Positions 49,904 through 59,930 of a stretch of 64,000 bases of DNA are shown piece after piece. This DNA is from a virus, in IMG/VR virus record IMGVR_UViG_3300025015_000010, positions 32,001 to 96,000 of that record. One strand, 5' to 3'. The notes under the pieces are model-generated. The model was not told the origin of the DNA, did not search any database, and saw nothing but the letters and a program-made list of their open reading frames with translations. Every line of letters starts with the position of its first letter. Positions within the stretch are counted from its first letter, which is position 1. A program made the translations under genes and the position numbers.

Positions 49904-50631
49904 TGATTCTATATCACGGTACAACGCTTCAGAATCTACAGAGTATTTTAGAACACGGCTTGATAGCTGGTAAGGGAAATAGTCTGCACAGAACAAAGAC
50001 ACGCAGTATGTTGTTTCTTGCAGGCGATATTCAAGGTGCGTTTGTATATGCGTCACCGGATTGTTATGATTCTAGTCGTGCAGATAAGACGCCTGTAGTG
50101 CTCGAAATCATATTGTCAGATGCATCTAAATTAGAACCCGACTATGACGATATAGACATAGGCAGTGTTTTGGATTATTTAAGAGAATTGGCCGAAAGTT
50201 TGGATATAGACCCATTGGAAATCTCACTAGATACGCCACTAGATGATACTTTGTATGAGCGAGTCAGCAGCAGAATATACAGAGACAAGATGGATTACGG
50301 GTATACGGGCATACGAGTTGATACAAATGACAATTTGAGAACTTTGTATGTTGATCCACTTGTATTTTTGTATATTGCATTAGAAGATATAGACCCAGAA
50401 ATTTTGGACGACGGTACTATAGACTGGGAAGATTCAGGCCTACCTGGGCTGTGGACACGTCAGTACAGGTATAACGGTAAAATTCCGACCTCAGACATTA
50501 GAGCAGTATGGTCGCCAGAAGGCGTAGCACCTAGTAATGGGAGATTAATGTCGATCAAGAATTATGCATGCTGGTCCGATGATAGAACAGAGCCACAAAA
50601 GGTTAACATGATAAGAAATTTGGTGTGGTGA
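49900..50631 (+). CDS. ART-like protein (Tpt1/KptA-like)
   Basis: LYHGT...SILEHGL, LFLA, A..YA, VVLEI and QYRYNGKIP..DI. Confidence 0.7.
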   Translation: MMILYHGTTLQNLQSILEHGLIAGKGNSLHRTKTRSMLFLAGDIQGAFVYASPDCYDSSRADKTPVVLEIILSDASKLEPDYDDIDIGSVLDYLRELAESLDIDPLEISLDTPLDDTLYERVSSRIYRDKMDYGYTGIRVDTNDNLRTLYVDPLVFLYIALEDIDPEILDDGTIDWEDSGLPGLWTRQYRYNGKIPTSDIRAVWSPEGVAPSNGRLMSIKNYACWSDDRTEPQKVNMIRNLVW

Positions 50632-51395
50632 TGTTCGCTATCCATAGAGTTAACTATGATAACGTGTTGTCAGCCAGCGAGGTAGATGGTGTTGTTCGTG
50701 CTATCGAGCATACAGGATATATCTTGCCCCAGGCCGAGTTAGTTCGTCGAGGACTATCTGGTAATATGTGTTTTGGGTTAGACTACCTGGCAGGTGATTG
50801 CGAGTATGTGTTTTTAAAACCTGTTGCCGAGGATTGGCAAGGTTGGTTGAGACAGTTCAAGATCACGGACGCTTTTGTTTTTGATTTAGATGTGCTGTTT
50901 GAGCAGGGCGCGTTGTACGGATTAAAAGATTTACTGGAAGATTATAAGCGGCTAGCTTATGAAACACTACTAGACAGAATTGGTGTTAGATTCAGCGCGG
51001 CTTATGTGTCTATATTTTTTGATTTACTGTTAGTGGAAATAGACGATGTGCCTATGTCTAGCAGTGCTAAAAGATCCTATAGTCAGATGTCCTACGGTAG
51101 TAAAATGCTACTTGAAGAAGTAGTTGGCGATGTACTTAAGCAGGAATTAGGTAATAAAATACTGGACGGAGTAAGGTCTAGATGCACTGATGCACAAAAT
51201 GCGTCTAGACACGCGTCAAGAACTATTATGAGCAAAGATTTAATCTCGTTAAACAGGTTATTACAAGTAGCAATCAACGAAGATCGGAAATCACCGCACG
51301 TGCTCGCTTCAGAACTATGCTATGAACATGTATTAGGCAGAGAGGTTCTATTTCCAGGCCCGCTGCCAGTCAGCCTTGCAATAAGTTGTCCATGA
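50631..51395 (+). CDS. DarT-like ART family, paralog 1
   Basis: AIH, GYILP, DYLAGD.EYVFL, AFVFD and EVLFPGPLP. Confidence 0.6.
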   Translation: MFAIHRVNYDNVLSASEVDGVVRAIEHTGYILPQAELVRRGLSGNMCFGLDYLAGDCEYVFLKPVAEDWQGWLRQFKITDAFVFDLDVLFEQGALYGLKDLLEDYKRLAYETLLDRIGVRFSAAYVSIFFDLLLVEIDDVPMSSSAKRSYSQMSYGSKMLLEEVVGDVLKQELGNKILDGVRSRCTDAQNASRHASRTIMSKDLISLNRLLQVAINEDRKSPHVLASELCYEHVLGREVLFPGPLPVSLAISCP

Positions 51396-51427
51396 TGGTA
51401 GACTTAATATAGGTAAACAGCCCCTGG

Positions 51428-52600
51428 CTAAAGCCAGAGGCTTTGTGCCAACCGCAGCACACTCGGGTGGTTTACATCGCCCGTTGCAATATCGGCAGAC
51501 ATTGCAAGCCGTTCGTGATTCAACGCAGCGTTGACATCACTGTGCATTCGGCTAGCACACAGGAAACATTCAAAAAGGTGTTTAAGACGATGACCACGAC
51601 TGGAGCACTTAGAACACGTTTTGCTCGTGTACGCGGGGTTGACATAGATTATATACAACCCCGCTGCAAGAGCTTTGTACTCAATAAAAGTCTGAAGTTG
51701 TTTCCAGGCCCATCGATGGAGCCTCGTGCGCTCTCGTTTTCTAGCTTTGATCCTGTCTCGGATATGAGTCAAGTCTTCCATTGCGATGGCATTACAGCCA
51801 TGGGCAAGGGCCTCTTCGACAAGTTGCTTACTGACGACGTGATTCACATGGGTCATGTAACGACTTTCTCTGCCAGAGATCATGCTCAAGCGCTTTTTAG
51901 CGCCCTTACTACCGTTGGCTTGAAGACGTCTACGAAGACTCAAATAGCAATCACGGTCGTGTCTTACTTTGCCCCCTTGGAAAAGTTTACCAGAACTAGT
52001 TGCTGCCATGACATTTTCACCAAGGTCAATACCAAGAACCTTAAGTGTTTTAACTGGAACAATTTCTTTGTTCTCAAGTTCAAGGGCGAGATTAAAATAC
52101 CAAGTATTATTTCTACAGACAAGTTCGGCCTCTTTAGGCGTACCCGAGGCAAGATAGTCACTCTGAAACCTGGCTACGACCATAGGCACTTTAATGCGCC
52201 CAAGAATCGTGTACATCGAAAGCTCGGAACCTTTTATCGAGTACGTCCGTTTGTCATAATGTACGCTGCCGGTGGGTCTGAAGTTAATCGCAGGGATCGG
52301 TTTGTTCTTGGCAAACGGTTTTTTAGACACAAGATCGCTATAGCTTCCACAAACATTCTTTAGAGCATTGCATACCATTTGAGACCCTAGTTTTGATCGT
52401 TTACGTAAGTCATCATAGCTGAAATTATGGAGCCTAAAGTGATTCCAACAACGATTTTTAATTACAACAGGCACAATACTTTGACATGTCGATATAAACT
52501 CGGTCCTAGTGTCCAAGAGAGCCTGGGCCTGTCCACTTGTTGTGTCAAGTTTGATTGACACAGTTCTGAGTATTTTGTTCTTATTTTCGGTTTTTGACAT
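51428..52600 (-). CDS. tnpB: TnpB RNA-guided nuclease, intact D-E-D
   Basis: GIDLG, AMEDL, Zn finger and SDVNAA. Confidence 0.95.
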   Translation of the reverse strand: MSKTENKNKILRTVSIKLDTTSGQAQALLDTRTEFISTCQSIVPVVIKNRCWNHFRLHNFSYDDLRKRSKLGSQMVCNALKNVCGSYSDLVSKKPFAKNKPIPAINFRPTGSVHYDKRTYSIKGSELSMYTILGRIKVPMVVARFQSDYLASGTPKEAELVCRNNTWYFNLALELENKEIVPVKTLKVLGIDLGENVMAATSSGKLFQGGKVRHDRDCYLSLRRRLQANGSKGAKKRLSMISGRESRYMTHVNHVVSKQLVEEALAHGCNAIAMEDLTHIRDRIKARKRERTRLHRWAWKQLQTFIEYKALAAGLYIIYVNPAYTSKTCSKCSSRGHRLKHLFECFLCASRMHSDVNAALNHERLAMSADIATGDVNHPSVLRLAQSLWL

Positions 52601-52991
52601 GCTCAAGCCTGTTAATATAGTTCTGGATTGTTTCTGCGCTAACACTGCCAGCAGTACCGACATAGTAAGATGGAGACCATAAGTGACCGCCCCACAGTTT
52701 GTTCTTGATCATCGGATGTTTCAGAAACAAGGATCTGGCTGTACGTCCTTTAAGGATTTGAATTGCACTGGCCACAGAAATCGCAGGAGGAATCGAAACG
52801 AACAAGTGAACATGATCCGGTTGAATTTCGATAGCAATAATTGGCCAGGCACACTCGTTGCAAATATTTCTGAGCAACGCTTCGAGACTGGTTGCTACAT
52901 CTTTGGTGAGAACTTGTTTTCTGTACTTAGGACACCATACAATGTGATATGCTGTTTGATAAGTGCAGTTGCGATTGCTTACGACATTCAT
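52581..52991 (-). CDS. tnpA: IS200 Y1 transposase
   Basis: YHIVWCPKYR, PDHVH, LWSPSYY and YI. Confidence 0.95.
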   Translation of the reverse strand: MNVVSNRNCTYQTAYHIVWCPKYRKQVLTKDVATSLEALLRNICNECAWPIIAIEIQPDHVHLFVSIPPAISVASAIQILKGRTARSLFLKHPMIKNKLWGGHLWSPSYYVGTAGSVSAETIQNYINRLEHVKNRK

Positions 52992-53092
52992 TACCTTAAT
53001 TCTACACTATGTTTTGAATATTTTCAAGGTGATACCGTGTTGCTCGCCTTCCTCCCCTGGCTAAAGCCAGAGGTTTCCGGCGAGGTTTCGCT

Positions 53093-53488
53093 ATGAAAAT
53101 TATTACACATGCTTGGGACGATATTGACGACAGAGATAATCTTTTGAGTATAGTTAGTCAGGTTAGGGCAGATGCAGAACGTGAGTGGGTCACAAAAGAG
53201 TGCGATTCGGAAGGAAGTTGTATTATTTGTTCGGCTATGCTGGCCGATAAATTACGCGAGGCCGGGTTTACAGCCAGAGATGTTCACGGCGCCTATATGG
53301 CACCAAACAGGCTGTGGTTTAATGATAATAATGTGAGTAGGCATAATTTTCATGGCGCTCACCACTGGTTTGTAATAGTGGATGATTTCTACATCGTCGA
53401 TATAACGGCCGATCAGTTTCACAGAGGCGAAGATGGCTATGAGATTGTCATTTCGGACGTAAACGATTTTAAGCACTACGATTTTTAA
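53093..53488 (+). CDS. transglutaminase/papain-like Cys-His-Asp protein
   Basis: GSCIICS...HHWF...VDITADQF. Confidence 0.55.
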   Translation: MKIITHAWDDIDDRDNLLSIVSQVRADAEREWVTKECDSEGSCIICSAMLADKLREAGFTARDVHGAYMAPNRLWFNDNNVSRHNFHGAHHWFVIVDDFYIVDITADQFHRGEDGYEIVISDVNDFKHYDF

Positions 53489-53501
53489 TCTAGGAGAAAA
53501 A

Positions 53502-53894
53502 ATGTCAAACGGTTGGATCACTGAAGAAGATCATGCACTGCTATTAACAGTGTGTACAAGCTTGGCTAAGACATTCCATGGAAATATAGGCGAAGAGACC
53601 GAATTTAGATTCCGCCAACCCAATATTACTCGTTACATGCAGATAGATGAAGGGATCACACTGGGTGTTTCGTTGGCTGCCGACTCTCCAACTGAAGGTG
53701 ATATCGTTATCAAGTTTTGGATTACGCAGCGCGGAATCGACTACACTAAGTTTGGCCCGTCAGAGTTCGATCAGGCGCTAGAAGGTTGGTCGAGTTTACT
53801 GTACGCCCCAGACGTAAAGTCTGTGCCAGAAATGCGAAAAGACATTAAGGACTTTTTGAAGGAACTTCGCAGAGTGCGCAGAAGTTGGAAGTGA
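53502..53894 (+). CDS. hypothetical protein
   Basis: AGGAG RBS. Confidence 0.7.
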   Translation: MSNGWITEEDHALLLTVCTSLAKTFHGNIGEETEFRFRQPNITRYMQIDEGITLGVSLAADSPTEGDIVIKFWITQRGIDYTKFGPSEFDQALEGWSSLLYAPDVKSVPEMRKDIKDFLKELRRVRRSWK

Positions 53895-53895
53895 A

Positions 53896-54351
53896 ATGAC
53901 CAAGTATTGGGGTCGTATGGGAGCTGGGGTGTTGTTTATGCACAAAAATAAAGTGCTTCTAACCCTGCGTAGCGACGAAGTCGAGCAGCCAGGTACGTGG
54001 GGAGTCCCAGGGGGAGCAGTGTCGCTAGATAGTTATGATGAGGTTTATACGCAGTCCAGCAGCGCAGGTAATATACAATTATCTGAAGACGCCATTTTTG
54101 ACTCTGCAATGCGTGAGTCGGCAGAGGAACTTGGAGCATTGCCAGACGACTACGAAGTGATGGATCATGTAGTTTACGCCGATCAGAAATTTCAGTATCA
54201 TACATTTTTCGTCGCAGTAGACATTAAGTGGCCGGTAACCCTGAATTGGGAAAATACCGATTATGGCTGGTTCAGTAAGAAGAAGTTACCTAGCCCACTG
54301 CATTTTGGAGTAGAGTACTTGATTGATCAGCGCCCAGAGTTTTTTCGATGA
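53896..54351 (+). CDS. NUDIX hydrolase
   Basis: GTWGVPGG...AMRESAEELG, LNWEN and PLHFG. Confidence 0.88.
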   Translation: MTKYWGRMGAGVLFMHKNKVLLTLRSDEVEQPGTWGVPGGAVSLDSYDEVYTQSSSAGNIQLSEDAIFDSAMRESAEELGALPDDYEVMDHVVYADQKFQYHTFFVAVDIKWPVTLNWENTDYGWFSKKKLPSPLHFGVEYLIDQRPEFFR

Positions 54352-54872
54352 TGACGCTAGAACAATTTGGAAGTTTTGAGCATGTATTCACGGACAGTTT
54401 TAGGCAAGCCGTGGAAGATATTGATGCCGCGCCTAGGCAAGACAGATATCCTTATGTATACACAGAGTTTATATCAGAAATTCGAGAGGCATTAAACCCC
54501 ATTTTCCATGTTGTTATTCCGGACGCTGTTTTAGATATATGGGTTCTTCTTTTCACCTCAGATGATAAGATAGGCGGTTGGGTAGAGTATACAGGTGGCG
54601 AACTAACATTGGCGCAGAATACGCATAGACCGAGAGCTAGATTTGTTGAGGTATTTTTCCACGAGGTTCAGCATTTGATTGATCTGTATCACGGCTACCC
54701 ATACATAGACTTAGCTGGATTTAGCCCAGAAACTGTAAGTGACGAGAGTTTGTATGTAAGTTCATCAAAAAAGTACAGAATGCAGTTAACTGAGCGCAGA
54801 GCTAGGCGAGCAGAGACAGGAATTGTACGCAAAGTATACAAGTACTATGTAAGGAACAGTTTTCCATCATGA
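54348..54872 (+). CDS. HExxH Zn-peptidase-like protein (tandem paralog A)
   Basis: FFHEVQHLID...ERRAR. Confidence 0.65.
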   Translation: MMTLEQFGSFEHVFTDSFRQAVEDIDAAPRQDRYPYVYTEFISEIREALNPIFHVVIPDAVLDIWVLLFTSDDKIGGWVEYTGGELTLAQNTHRPRARFVEVFFHEVQHLIDLYHGYPYIDLAGFSPETVSDESLYVSSSKKYRMQLTERRARRAETGIVRKVYKYYVRNSFPS

Positions 54873-55372
54873 TGACGCTAGAGCGGTTCAGTTATTTTAC
54901 TAATGTATTTACGCCAGAATTTCAGACTGCTGTTCATAAAGGTGCATTCAACGGGTCTAAGTACAGTTATTACTATACTGCTGTGGCCGAGCCCGTGATG
55001 ACAGTGCGAGAAGCTTTAACCGGCTGGTTTCATGCAGTAATACCGGACGAAGTTTTAGATATTATGGTTTGGTTTGAGCCAGACAGGTATGATGGCAACG
55101 GAAATATAAGATATCATAATGGTGAGTTAGTTATGGGATATAAACCCAGCATGCGTCCTTTCGATCTTGTCAGAGTGTTCTTTCACGAGATTAAGCACTT
55201 GATCGATGTGTATAATGGTTATCCCTATGTGGATCTTGGCGGGTATAGAGAAAGTTTTGGTAAAGAGACACAAGAGGAAGAATGGGACTTGCTATGGGAG
55301 CGTCGAGCTAGGTATGCAGAAACAGCTTTGATCAAACAAGCATATAGACTATGCCAGAAAGGTCTGAGATGA
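54869..55372 (+). CDS. HExxH Zn-peptidase-like protein (tandem paralog B)
   Basis: FFHEIKHLID...ERRAR. Confidence 0.65.
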   Translation: MMTLERFSYFTNVFTPEFQTAVHKGAFNGSKYSYYYTAVAEPVMTVREALTGWFHAVIPDEVLDIMVWFEPDRYDGNGNIRYHNGELVMGYKPSMRPFDLVRVFFHEIKHLIDVYNGYPYVDLGGYRESFGKETQEEEWDLLWERRARYAETALIKQAYRLCQKGLR

Positions 55373-55727
55373 AAATAAATCCAACACCGACAATCTACAA
55401 ACCGACGGACAAGCCCAAGGAAGACTTAAAAGAAAAGCCGTGCAAGAAACCATCGAGTTTCTTCAAGGCTTTGCAAAAAGAAATCAAGAAAGGCAGGAAG
55501 TAATGGACGCTAGAAAAGACGTTCAAAATGCGCGCGACGCCGTTCAGTATGCTGCATCTGTATGGACTCGGCTGGCTTTAAGTGCCTAGTCATGAAGACG
55601 GAGGTGTGGCAGAAAATATATCTGATCTACTTACAGAGGCTTTGAGGTTAGTTCGATTGGCGTCGTCTAGGGCTAATGGTCTTGCTAAAGTTAATTACGA
55701 TCCAGATTTACTGTTTCCGGATTAAAT

Positions 55728-56111
55728 ATGGACGTTCCTGCATATCTATACCACGGTACTTTTAGGAGCCTTGTGCCAAGTATTTTGGAGCATGGCTTGT
55801 TAGCTGTGCCGAAAGATTGGCGTATATGGCCTAATTTTTCTAAAGAAGATTCTGTATATCTGGCCGATAATTACAGGTCAGCATTGGAATGGGCAAGAGA
55901 CGGACTTGGGCAAATCGAGTTAGCCCTAACGGATGGCACAGACTCTTTCGGCTATGGCACCGGATTGATGCTGAACGTCTTGAGGATAGAAACGAGAGGC
56001 TTGTATTTGTGGCTGCTGATAGAAGAAGCGCCAGTTAAATGGGGTGAGTACGGTAGAGAATACAGATATCGCGGCGATATTCCTCCAGAATTAATCACCG
56101 TACTGGATTAA
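55728..56111 (+). CDS. ART-like protein (Tpt1/KptA-like), paralog of 58253
   Basis: YLYHGT...SILEHGL, VYLA, VLRI and EYRYRGDIPPELI. Confidence 0.72.
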   Translation: MDVPAYLYHGTFRSLVPSILEHGLLAVPKDWRIWPNFSKEDSVYLADNYRSALEWARDGLGQIELALTDGTDSFGYGTGLMLNVLRIETRGLYLWLLIEEAPVKWGEYGREYRYRGDIPPELITVLD

Positions 56112-56115
56112 ACAA

Positions 56116-56478
56116 ATGGAAGATCCTAATAGCAGCCTAGCAGACTTGATAAAAGAACAGTATCGCAAAGGTGTGATTATTGTTAGTAAGTTGGCTATAG
56201 GCACTAAACTCGAAGTTAAAACAACGAATGCAGTCTACCAAATCGAAGTAGTCGATCCGAAGAAACAGAAGCTGCGAATCCAAGGGGGATCGCAGTTCGC
56301 TAAGGTTACAGATGCTGAGCTAACTGGCTCGACATGGGGCGGGTCAGCTTTATGGGCTGATCGGATCGGCCGAGATATGTATATGGAATTATTCGCCAGA
56401 GGGATAGCACTCGCAACGCTGCAAGTCGAGAGTGTTGTAATCAAGGGCGATAAATGGGAATACGCAATGGAGTGGTGA
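56116..56478 (+). CDS. hypothetical protein
   Basis: ORF track. Confidence 0.7.
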   Translation: MEDPNSSLADLIKEQYRKGVIIVSKLAIGTKLEVKTTNAVYQIEVVDPKKQKLRIQGGSQFAKVTDAELTGSTWGGSALWADRIGRDMYMELFARGIALATLQVESVVIKGDKWEYAMEW

Positions 56479-56500
56479 TTATTGTGGACAAAATAAATAT

Positions 56501-57673
56501 ATGATATTAGGACACAAAATCAGGCTGGACCCTACATGCAGGCAAGTTAAGTTATTTAACCGAGCTTGCGGCGTTGCACGTTTCACATATAACTGGGCAT
56601 TGGCCGAGTGGAATAAACAGTACGATGCCGGTCAGAAGCCAAGCATATCTAATCTTATAAAACAATGGAATAAGATTAAGGGCGCGGAGTTTCCTTGGGT
56701 TTATGATTCACCTAAAGGCGCTAATCAGAGACCATTCACTTGTCTGAGGGCTGCGTTCTCCGGGTTCTTTAAGAAGCAGACAAAATACCCAAAGTTCAAG
56801 AAGAAATTTGTTCACGACTCATTTTATGTCGAAAATGATAAGTTCCATTTTATTGGCGATGCCCACGTACGTTTGCCTAAAATCGGCACGGTAAAAACTT
56901 GTGAGAAGTTACGTTTTACGGGTAAGATTATGGGCGCAGTAGTGTCTAGAATCGCAGATCGCTGGTTTATTGCAGTCCAAGTCGATGTTGGCGACTACCA
57001 TAAACCCAGAACCGGCAATGGCATAGCAGGTACAGATTTGGGGCTTATCACAGCAGCTACGATTGCTGTTAGTGATACGAAAACGATCAAGATAAAATCG
57101 CCGAAGCCGCTAAAGAAAGCATTATCAAAGCTTAGACGAATTAACCGGAAATTTTCAAGACAACAGAAAGGATCAAAACGCCGAGAAAAGACCCGGCGCA
57201 GACTGGCTAGACTGCATTTTCGAGTCAGTAACATTCGTAGAGATTTTACACAGAAGCTTACAACTCGACTCTGCCGCGAGAACCAAGTGGTAGTTATTGA
57301 GGATTTGAACGTGAAAGGCATGCTTAGCAACCATTGTCTTGCGCGTTCTTTGAATGACATTGGATTCTCTGAAATCAGACGCGAGCTTGGCTACAAGAAT
57401 CCAATCTATGATATGCAACTCGTTGTTGCAGATCGCTGGTTTCCGTCTTCAAGACAGTGTAGAATGTGTCTACATGTCAACAAAAATCTTGCACTCAGGG
57501 ATCGTATCTTTGTGTGTCCGAAGTGTAATCATACAGAAGACAGAGACGATCAGGCAGCATATAATTTACGTACCCTCGGCTTGAGGGAAATTCACGCTCA
57601 GGGAGAGGCCATGGCTTCGAGCACCCTCGACGAACTGAGAACTAACCCGTACTCACAAATGAGTACAATTTAG
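56501..57673 (+). CDS. tnpB: stand-alone TnpB (IS1341/IS607-derived); no tnpA; element ends not resolved
   Basis: N-terminal HTH, GTDLG, VIEDL, FPSS..C and DRDDQAA. Confidence 0.93.
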   Translation: MILGHKIRLDPTCRQVKLFNRACGVARFTYNWALAEWNKQYDAGQKPSISNLIKQWNKIKGAEFPWVYDSPKGANQRPFTCLRAAFSGFFKKQTKYPKFKKKFVHDSFYVENDKFHFIGDAHVRLPKIGTVKTCEKLRFTGKIMGAVVSRIADRWFIAVQVDVGDYHKPRTGNGIAGTDLGLITAATIAVSDTKTIKIKSPKPLKKALSKLRRINRKFSRQQKGSKRREKTRRRLARLHFRVSNIRRDFTQKLTTRLCRENQVVVIEDLNVKGMLSNHCLARSLNDIGFSEIRRELGYKNPIYDMQLVVADRWFPSSRQCRMCLHVNKNLALRDRIFVCPKCNHTEDRDDQAAYNLRTLGLREIHAQGEAMASSTLDELRTNPYSQMSTI

Positions 57674-57699
57674 AGAGCAGTATAGGATGGAATGGTGAT

Positions 57700-58266
57700 A
57701 TGCATCTCATAAACACTGTCCCTGTTGAAGGTCATCCAGAGCTAAAGCTAGCTTTGTGGGTAAGAATGTTTTATGGCGAAGTTGCGTACAAGGATTTTCC
57801 AGGTACTATCGAAGTAGGTTCCGCAAGATTTGCACTGTTGCCTAAACGAATAGATAGACGGGCTATTGAGCGGTCAAATGGCTCTCAAATGATATCGGAG
57901 GTGGGTCATATTGGCATCGGTTTGTTCAGGCCAGTATATTCGAGTTATCGAAAAATGCTAGACAGTTTTGATTACGAGCACGAACTTTTTGCGATGGTGA
58001 AATATGCAGAAATTACCGACCCAGAAGCACGCAAACACGGTTTGGGCTCTGCCATGTACATTACGGCTGTACGAGAACTTGGTGTGTTATTAGCCGATAC
58101 GACCTGGAGTGAAGGTGCCGAAAAGCTGTGGGAAAAATTACACACTAGGCACAAGTGTGTGTCGGTCGAGACTTGGGACCAGATATTTTTGACGCCTATA
58201 GCCATATGGAATTGTAGTAAATCAAGGCAGAATAAGTTTTGGAGGCAGGTCGATGAAATTGCCTGA
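57700..58266 (+). CDS. GNAT-like acetyltransferase
   Basis: ARKHGLGSAMY...SEGAEKLWEKL. Confidence 0.7.
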   Translation: MHLINTVPVEGHPELKLALWVRMFYGEVAYKDFPGTIEVGSARFALLPKRIDRRAIERSNGSQMISEVGHIGIGLFRPVYSSYRKMLDSFDYEHELFAMVKYAEITDPEARKHGLGSAMYITAVRELGVLLADTTWSEGAEKLWEKLHTRHKCVSVETWDQIFLTPIAIWNCSKSRQNKFWRQVDEIA

Positions 58267-58609
58267 ATATCTCTATCACGGTACGTACAGTACACTGGTC
58301 GAACATATTATGGCTAACGGTTTGATCCGTGTGCCCAGGGATTGGCGAATCTGGCCGAGTCATGCCGAGATCGAGTGTGTCTATTTGACTAGTGATCCAC
58401 ACAATGCGCTGCACTGGGCGCTCCAGGGACTCGATAAACTTGATTATATGGATAACTATCGCAGTAAATACAATATTCTGCCAGTAGCGCTTCAAATTAA
58501 TAAGGCAGGCATAAACATGGATTTGTTATTAGAAGATACCAACATGAGTAACAAACAAGATTTTTGCTACGCGGGTGACATTGAGCCGATGTGGATCGAG
58601 GTAGTTTGA
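58253..58609 (+). CDS. ART-like protein (Tpt1/KptA-like)
   Basis: YLYHGT...IMANGL, VYLTSD and DFCYAGDIEP..I. Confidence 0.72.
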   Translation: MKLPEYLYHGTYSTLVEHIMANGLIRVPRDWRIWPSHAEIECVYLTSDPHNALHWALQGLDKLDYMDNYRSKYNILPVALQINKAGINMDLLLEDTNMSNKQDFCYAGDIEPMWIEVV

Positions 58610-59316
58610 TGGGCAGAATAATTGCAATTCATGACGTGGCATATAATAAACAGAGTGTGTCTAATAAGCTGATTCGTCAGATACTAGATTATGGCTCGTT
58701 ATTGCCAGCATCGATGCGGGATCGTTGGAAGCAGATTGGCGCGTTCGATTATTTAGCCGGTGACGCTGATTACGTATTTTTGTCTTTGTATGACGGGCTC
58801 GATGACTCCGAGTACGGTATTGGATTTAATAAGTCGGCATTTTGGTTTGATGCCGAGCACTTGATCAAGCTAGGCGCAATAGTTAGAGACTATGATCTGT
58901 TAGATGATTACTTCATTGTAGCCGAAGACGCCGCGCTTGAAATTATCAATTTCGACGTCACAGGTAATCGATATAAAAACATTGAAGACCACGTAGATGT
59001 CTTAGACCTGATACAATGCGCCGTGATGCACAACATAAATAGTAGGCTTGATCCTAAGGCTTTGGTTGATTATTCCGGTAAACAAGCATATCCATGGTAT
59101 AAGAAACTCGCCAAAGATGGCTTGATATCTCCAATGCTAGATGCCGTTCACTGTGCGCTAGTAGAATATAAAAAGCAGTATAATCACGTAGGTAAAGATG
59201 CAATTAGAGAGCTACATAATGCAATGGACCATGCCACAGGCACAGAAATCTTATGGCACGGTCCACTTCCGCTGTTATATGCTCTTCCAGAATCCCCTGC
59301 TTTTCGGGTGAAGTGA
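58609..59316 (+). CDS. DarT-like ART family, paralog 2
   Basis: AIH, GSLLP, DYLAGDADYVFL, AFWFD and EILWHGPLP. Confidence 0.6.
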   Translation: MGRIIAIHDVAYNKQSVSNKLIRQILDYGSLLPASMRDRWKQIGAFDYLAGDADYVFLSLYDGLDDSEYGIGFNKSAFWFDAEHLIKLGAIVRDYDLLDDYFIVAEDAALEIINFDVTGNRYKNIEDHVDVLDLIQCAVMHNINSRLDPKALVDYSGKQAYPWYKKLAKDGLISPMLDAVHCALVEYKKQYNHVGKDAIRELHNAMDHATGTEILWHGPLPLLYALPESPAFRVK

Positions 59317-59927
59317 TGTATGCAGTCCACAGCATAACTTACCATAGAAACTCAGATCCAGACGAGATCATTCATCAGATTCTTGCCACGGGTAAACTAT
59401 TGCCGCTCGCAGATCGTCTGCCAGTAGACGAGACAGGTATGCAGCCCGTTGATGTGTTTGCCGGGGATCATTATTTTGTTTTCCTTCGAGTTCGAGATTC
59501 TTGGCCTAACCAGTCTTCGGCATTTGTATTCGATGCCGAAGATTTGATAGCGCGTGGAGCAGCCTTTAGAAAAAGCGATCTGTTGCTGAGTTATTGGGCA
59601 GAAGCAAAGTCAGTAATAGACGAATTTAGATTGATAGATGCTTTTAATGCTACCGAGTGCGGTATATTACAAGACTTGATGCACTACGTCGATGATAAGT
59701 TTGAAGAACCATATATGCGTTATTATGGGGATTCCCAGGCCCGTACTGTGGTAAGGATATTGCAAGCTAGGCTGGGTCAGATTGCCGAAGAAGGTACATA
59801 CTACGGTAAAGAGGCCCTGAGATTGCTGTCCGACCCAAATTCTAGGTCAGGATATAGCGAGTTAGTCTGGCGAGGTCCGCTGCCAATTAGTTTAGCACTT
59901 CCAGAATCACCTGTGTTTCAAAGGTAA
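59316..59927 (+). CDS. DarT-like ART family, paralog 3
   Basis: AVH, GKLLP, DVFAGDHYFVFL, AFVFD and ELVWRGPLP. Confidence 0.6.
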   Translation: MYAVHSITYHRNSDPDEIIHQILATGKLLPLADRLPVDETGMQPVDVFAGDHYFVFLRVRDSWPNQSSAFVFDAEDLIARGAAFRKSDLLLSYWAEAKSVIDEFRLIDAFNATECGILQDLMHYVDDKFEEPYMRYYGDSQARTVVRILQARLGQIAEEGTYYGKEALRLLSDPNSRSGYSELVWRGPLPISLALPESPVFQR

Positions 59928-59930
59928 ACT

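Larger units (their letters stand above)
51413..53092 (-). mobile_element. IS200/IS605 element (tandem tnpA-tnpB), target TCAT, right end TTAC
   Basis: Hairpins cctggctaaagccagagg at both ends; inserted between a promoter and the ATG at 53093. Confidence 0.9.

Noticed and set aside
51443-53096. Plus-strand ORFs 51443-52363 and 52683-53096
   Set aside because: Antisense shadows of tnpB and tnpA
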